Positions 53,546 to 56,865 of a stretch of 56,865 bases of DNA are shown piece by piece. The stretch's first letter is position 1. Each line of letters starts with the position of its first letter. This stretch comes from Candidatus Fermentibacterota bacterium. Lineage in GTDB: Bacteria; JAFGKV01. The stretch covers positions 1 through 56,865 of the forward strand of contig JAUXFG010000003.1 of the NCBI GenBank assembly GCA_030620115.1, in the 5' to 3' direction. The notes beneath the pieces were generated by a model. That model was not told the DNA's origin and did no database searches. It saw nothing but the letters and a program-made list of their open reading frames with translations. Made by a program: the position numbers and the translations under genes.

Positions 53546-56500
53546 ATGTCGGACAAGGCACATATACTAGTGGTCGAAGACGAGACTATCGTGGCAATGG
53601 AGATAAAGGATAGGCTGGAGGGCTTTGGATATGCTGTCTGCGGTATGGCAAGTTCAGGAGAGGCTGCTGTCGAGATGGCCTTGGCGATGCGCCCTGATCT
53701 TGTATTCATGGATATCAGACTGAAGGGCAAAATGGATGGCGTGCAAGCCGCCCAGCAAATTCGTGCGCGCTTTGATATCCCGGTAGTATACCTGACCGCC
53801 TATGCTGATGAAGACACCTTGCGGCGAGCCAAAATAGCCGAGCCCTTTGGCTACATCATCAAACCGTTCCAAGAGAGGGATCTCCGCAGTGCCATCGAGA
53901 TAGCTCTCTATCGACATGGAATGGAAAGAAGACTGAAAGAGAGTGAGCGATGGCTTGCGGCTGTGCTTAGAAGCATAGGCGATGCGGTGATCACCGCAGA
54001 TGCCAAGGGGAGGATCACGTTCGTGAACCGCGTTGCCGAGGCATTGACGGGTTGGAAGCAGAAAGATGCCTTGGGCAAAGATCTGATGGAAGTATTCCAT
54101 ATCGTGAACGAAGATGCGAGCATGCCTGCGGAGAATCTCGTTGCCAAGGCACTCCGGGAAGGGGTTGTTGCCGGCCTGGCGAATCACTCCGTACTCATTG
54201 CCAAGGACGGAAGGGAAACACCAATCGATGACAGCGCAGCTCCCATCAGAGATGAGAATGGGGATATAACTGGTGTCGTGCTTGTCTTCCGGGATATCAC
54301 CGAGCGAAAGCAGGCAGAGGAAACGCTCCGGGACTCGGAAGAACGGCATCGCCGTTTGATCGAATCCAGTGAGGACATGATTTTCAGCGTGGATCGCGCC
54401 GGTATTTTCAGGACCGCAGGGGGCGTCCGCCTGCGCGAATTCGGTCTCAGACCAGAGGACGTCATCGGCCATTCGCTCATCGACCTCTTTGGCGAGGAAG
54501 CCGAGCAATACGAGGAACGACACCGCGAGGTCTTCGAGAGCGGCGTGTCGATCCCTTATGAACATACCTTCGAGTTCCACGGTTTGACCAAGACCGACCT
54601 CACCACTGTGTACCCAATCAAAAACGAGCGCGGCGAGATGGAACTGGTGGGGATCATCTGTCGCGATATTACCGAAGCCAAGAAGGCGCAGGAAGAGATC
54701 AAACGCCTCAAGGAGTTCAACGAGGGTATCGTCCAGAACATGGCGGAAGGCATTGTGGTGACGAACGCGGAAGGGTACCATACCTTTATAAATCATGTGG
54801 TGGCAAGCATGCTGGGCTACTCGCCTGAAGAGCTGGTGGGCAAGCACTGGACCACAATCGTCCCACCCGACAGCCAACTGATAGTCCGGGCTGCTGACGA
54901 ACGACGCAAGCATGGCCAAAGCGACCGATATGAGCTGGAGCTGGTGCGCAGGGATGGCACACGGCTGCCTGTCCTTGCCAGTGCGTCCCCCTGCTTTGAG
55001 AACGGTGAATTCGCGGAGTCCTTGGCCGTGTTCACCAATATCACCGAGCTCAAGCGCACTGAACGGGCACTCAGAGAATCGGATCAACGATTTCGCCAGG
55101 TGACAGAGAATGCGGAGGAATGGATCTGGGAGGTGGATGCGGACGGGCTCTACACCTATGGAAGCCCTGTGGTGGAGAAAATCTTAGGGTACCAGACCGA
55201 AGAAATCGTTGGCAAAAAGCGCTTTTACGATTTATTCCATCCCGAAGACAAAGAAGAACTACAGAGAGCAGCATTCGAGGCTTTCTCAAGAAGGGAGTCC
55301 TTTCGAGAGTTCATCAATCGGAATATGCACAAGAATGGCAGGGCCGTGTGGTTATCGACAAGCGCCTCTCCCATCCTCGATGAGAAGGCGAACCTGCTCG
55401 GATACAGAGGTGCTGACTCGGATATCACTGAGCGCAAGCGGCTCGAACAGCACCTACGGCAGGCGGCGAAGATGGAGGCGATCGGGCATCTTGCTGGAGG
55501 CATCGCACACGATTTCAACAATCTCCTGACAGGGATCCTGGGTTACGCCAACATGCTCAGGCTTGAATCAGATAAGGATAGCTCGACCCATGAGGCTGCA
55601 GAGACAATAGAGAAATCGGCAAGACGGATGGCAGAGCTCACTACCCAGCTGCTTGGCTTTTCTCGAAAGGGGAAGTACCAGATTGTCCCAGTCGACCTGC
55701 ACGAGACGATCCGGGAAGTGGTTAGAATGCTCGGCAGAACCGTTGATAAGAATATCCAACTCACGCTTGGATTTCGTGCCGAGAGCGCGACTACCATGGG
55801 CGATCCGGCACAGATGGAGCAGGTTTTCCTGAACTTGGCCATAAACGCGCGAGACGCGATGCCCGACGGCGGAACCATGACCTTCTCAACCGAAATCGTC
55901 GAGCTTGATGATGCATACTCCTTGGCCCATCCCGGTTCGGCGCGGGACCAAAGGCTGCTGGTAGCGGTGACTGATACGGGGAGCGGCATCCCAAAGCACG
56001 ACATCGGCCATGTTTTCGAGCCGTTCTTCACCACAAAGGAAAAGGGCAGAGGGACAGGGATGGGGCTTGCCATGGTGTACGGCATCGTGAAGAATCACGG
56101 TGGCAATATCCAGGTGTATAGCGAAGTCGGGCATGGCACGGCATTCAAGGTTTACCTCCCCCTTGCGGATGCGGAGGGAATCCTGTTGGCTGGCGAAAAA
56201 CAAGACCGAATATGCCGCGGAGTGGGGAATATCCTTGTAGTGGATGATGAAGAGATCGTTCGCAACGTCGCTTCCGAAATACTGTTCAAGCTTGGCTATG
56301 AAGTCGTGACGGCTTCAAGCGGGCAAGATGCATTGAACTACTACCGAAAACACGGCGACTTAGTTGATCTCGTCATCATTGACTTGATTATGCCGGGAAT
56401 GGGGGGACAGGAGTGCTTTCGGGAGCTCAAACGCATTGATCCCCATGTCCGAGCCGTCTTGTCCACAGGATACGGGATGGATCGCAGAGTACGAGACGTC

Positions 56501-56587
56501 GTCAATGAGGGGATGATAGGCTTCGTACCAAAGCCGTATCAAATGATTGAGTTAGGAAAGAAATTGCGCGAGTTTCTGGCGAATTGA
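53546..56587 (+). CDS. hybrid sensor histidine kinase with receiver domains at both termini and multiple PAS domains
   Basis: N-terminal REC (ILVVEDE...DLVFMDIRL), about four PAS/PAC modules, IGHLAGGIAHDFNNLL H-box, DTGSGIP and GTGMGLAMV, C-terminal REC (ILVVDDEE...VIIDLIMPGMGG). Confidence 0.95.
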   Translation: MSDKAHILVVEDETIVAMEIKDRLEGFGYAVCGMASSGEAAVEMALAMRPDLVFMDIRLKGKMDGVQAAQQIRARFDIPVVYLTAYADEDTLRRAKIAEPFGYIIKPFQERDLRSAIEIALYRHGMERRLKESERWLAAVLRSIGDAVITADAKGRITFVNRVAEALTGWKQKDALGKDLMEVFHIVNEDASMPAENLVAKALREGVVAGLANHSVLIAKDGRETPIDDSAAPIRDENGDITGVVLVFRDITERKQAEETLRDSEERHRRLIESSEDMIFSVDRAGIFRTAGGVRLREFGLRPEDVIGHSLIDLFGEEAEQYEERHREVFESGVSIPYEHTFEFHGLTKTDLTTVYPIKNERGEMELVGIICRDITEAKKAQEEIKRLKEFNEGIVQNMAEGIVVTNAEGYHTFINHVVASMLGYSPEELVGKHWTTIVPPDSQLIVRAADERRKHGQSDRYELELVRRDGTRLPVLASASPCFENGEFAESLAVFTNITELKRTERALRESDQRFRQVTENAEEWIWEVDADGLYTYGSPVVEKILGYQTEEIVGKKRFYDLFHPEDKEELQRAAFEAFSRRESFREFINRNMHKNGRAVWLSTSASPILDEKANLLGYRGADSDITERKRLEQHLRQAAKMEAIGHLAGGIAHDFNNLLTGILGYANMLRLESDKDSSTHEAAETIEKSARRMAELTTQLLGFSRKGKYQIVPVDLHETIREVVRMLGRTVDKNIQLTLGFRAESATTMGDPAQMEQVFLNLAINARDAMPDGGTMTFSTEIVELDDAYSLAHPGSARDQRLLVAVTDTGSGIPKHDIGHVFEPFFTTKEKGRGTGMGLAMVYGIVKNHGGNIQVYSEVGHGTAFKVYLPLADAEGILLAGEKQDRICRGVGNILVVDDEEIVRNVASEILFKLGYEVVTASSGQDALNYYRKHGDLVDLVIIDLIMPGMGGQECFRELKRIDPHVRAVLSTGYGMDRRVRDVVNEGMIGFVPKPYQMIELGKKLREFLAN

Positions 56588-56865
56588 GCAAGGTTGCTGG
56601 AATTGCAGAGGCGTGATCCATATCAATATTCCTCCAGAATGCGGCCTCTTGGGCCCGCAGGCGAGGTGGCCCATCGTAGACTTGTGAGCCCCTCTCCCTT
56701 CCCCGCTTCTCTCTCGTTTCTCCTCAACGCTCGTCTGGTTTAGCCCGGCCGGAGTTTCATTTTTAGCCGTTAGCGATTGACGAAAAGATGGCCCTGCGTG
56801 GTTTTAGGAGATTTTAGTGTAACCAGTCAGATACGACACAGGGAAGCCTTGACATGGGGGATACA

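Noticed and set aside
53654-55087. 477-aa minus-strand ORF inside the hybrid kinase gene
   Set aside because: It is antisense to a gene with unambiguous REC, PAS and HisKA motifs. It has no motifs of its own, so I treat it as a shadow frame.
1-56865. tRNA, rRNA, tmRNA and RNase P RNA genes
   Set aside because: I scanned the intergenic regions by eye for T-loop (GGTTCRANYC), tmRNA 5' end and RNase P (GAGGAAAGTCC) signatures and found none in a plausible context. This is a manual scan only. tRNAscan-SE and Infernal should be run to confirm.

Overview
56.9-kb bacterial chromosomal window that looks metagenome-derived. Genes use Shine-Dalgarno sites. Composition is uneven: my hand counts of 100-nt samples range from about 41% to 67% GC.

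Layout:
(i) 0-16 kb, cell-envelope glycan locus. It holds a partial SAM methyltransferase, a translationally coupled WbpD/WbpB/WbpE-like trio, a GT2, a 753-aa polytopic membrane protein, and three paralogous sulfatase-fold (alkaline-phosphatase superfamily) proteins. In all three the Cys/Ser-x-Pro-x-Arg motif is replaced by a Thr-type motif.
(ii) 16-25.6 kb, minus-strand housekeeping block: tex, a beta-CASP RNase, prfB (canonical +1 frameshift found by hand), coaE, polA, nadD.
(iii) 25.9-38.3 kb: Smr, then a minus-strand operon (GGDEF cyclase, YihY, GT2, RACo-like ASKHA/2Fe-2S protein, AIM24), then Wzz-like, Wzy/O-antigen-ligase-like and a SMUG1-type UDG.
(iv) 38.7-48.9 kb, accessory-looking stretch: putative lipoproteins, an orphan ParA, a putative beta-barrel, and a GC-rich two-gene cassette encoding a 967-aa HExxH protein.
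(v) 48.9-56.6 kb: porin-like OMP, a PF04392-type binding protein and two sensor kinases.

By eye I recognised no rRNA, tRNA, CRISPR array, transposase or integrase.

The most unusual signal is non-coding. Almost every long intergenic region is assembled from a few repeat modules:
- M1, a hairpin plus heptamer VNTR plus a CRISPR-repeat-like 35-mer.
- M2, MITE-like with 17-bp terminal inverted repeats.
- M3, clusters of REP-like palindromes.
- Tandem 7-nt tracts that abut start codons.

Two direct M1 copies bracket the GC-rich cassette. All functional calls come from motif recognition by eye, with no database search.
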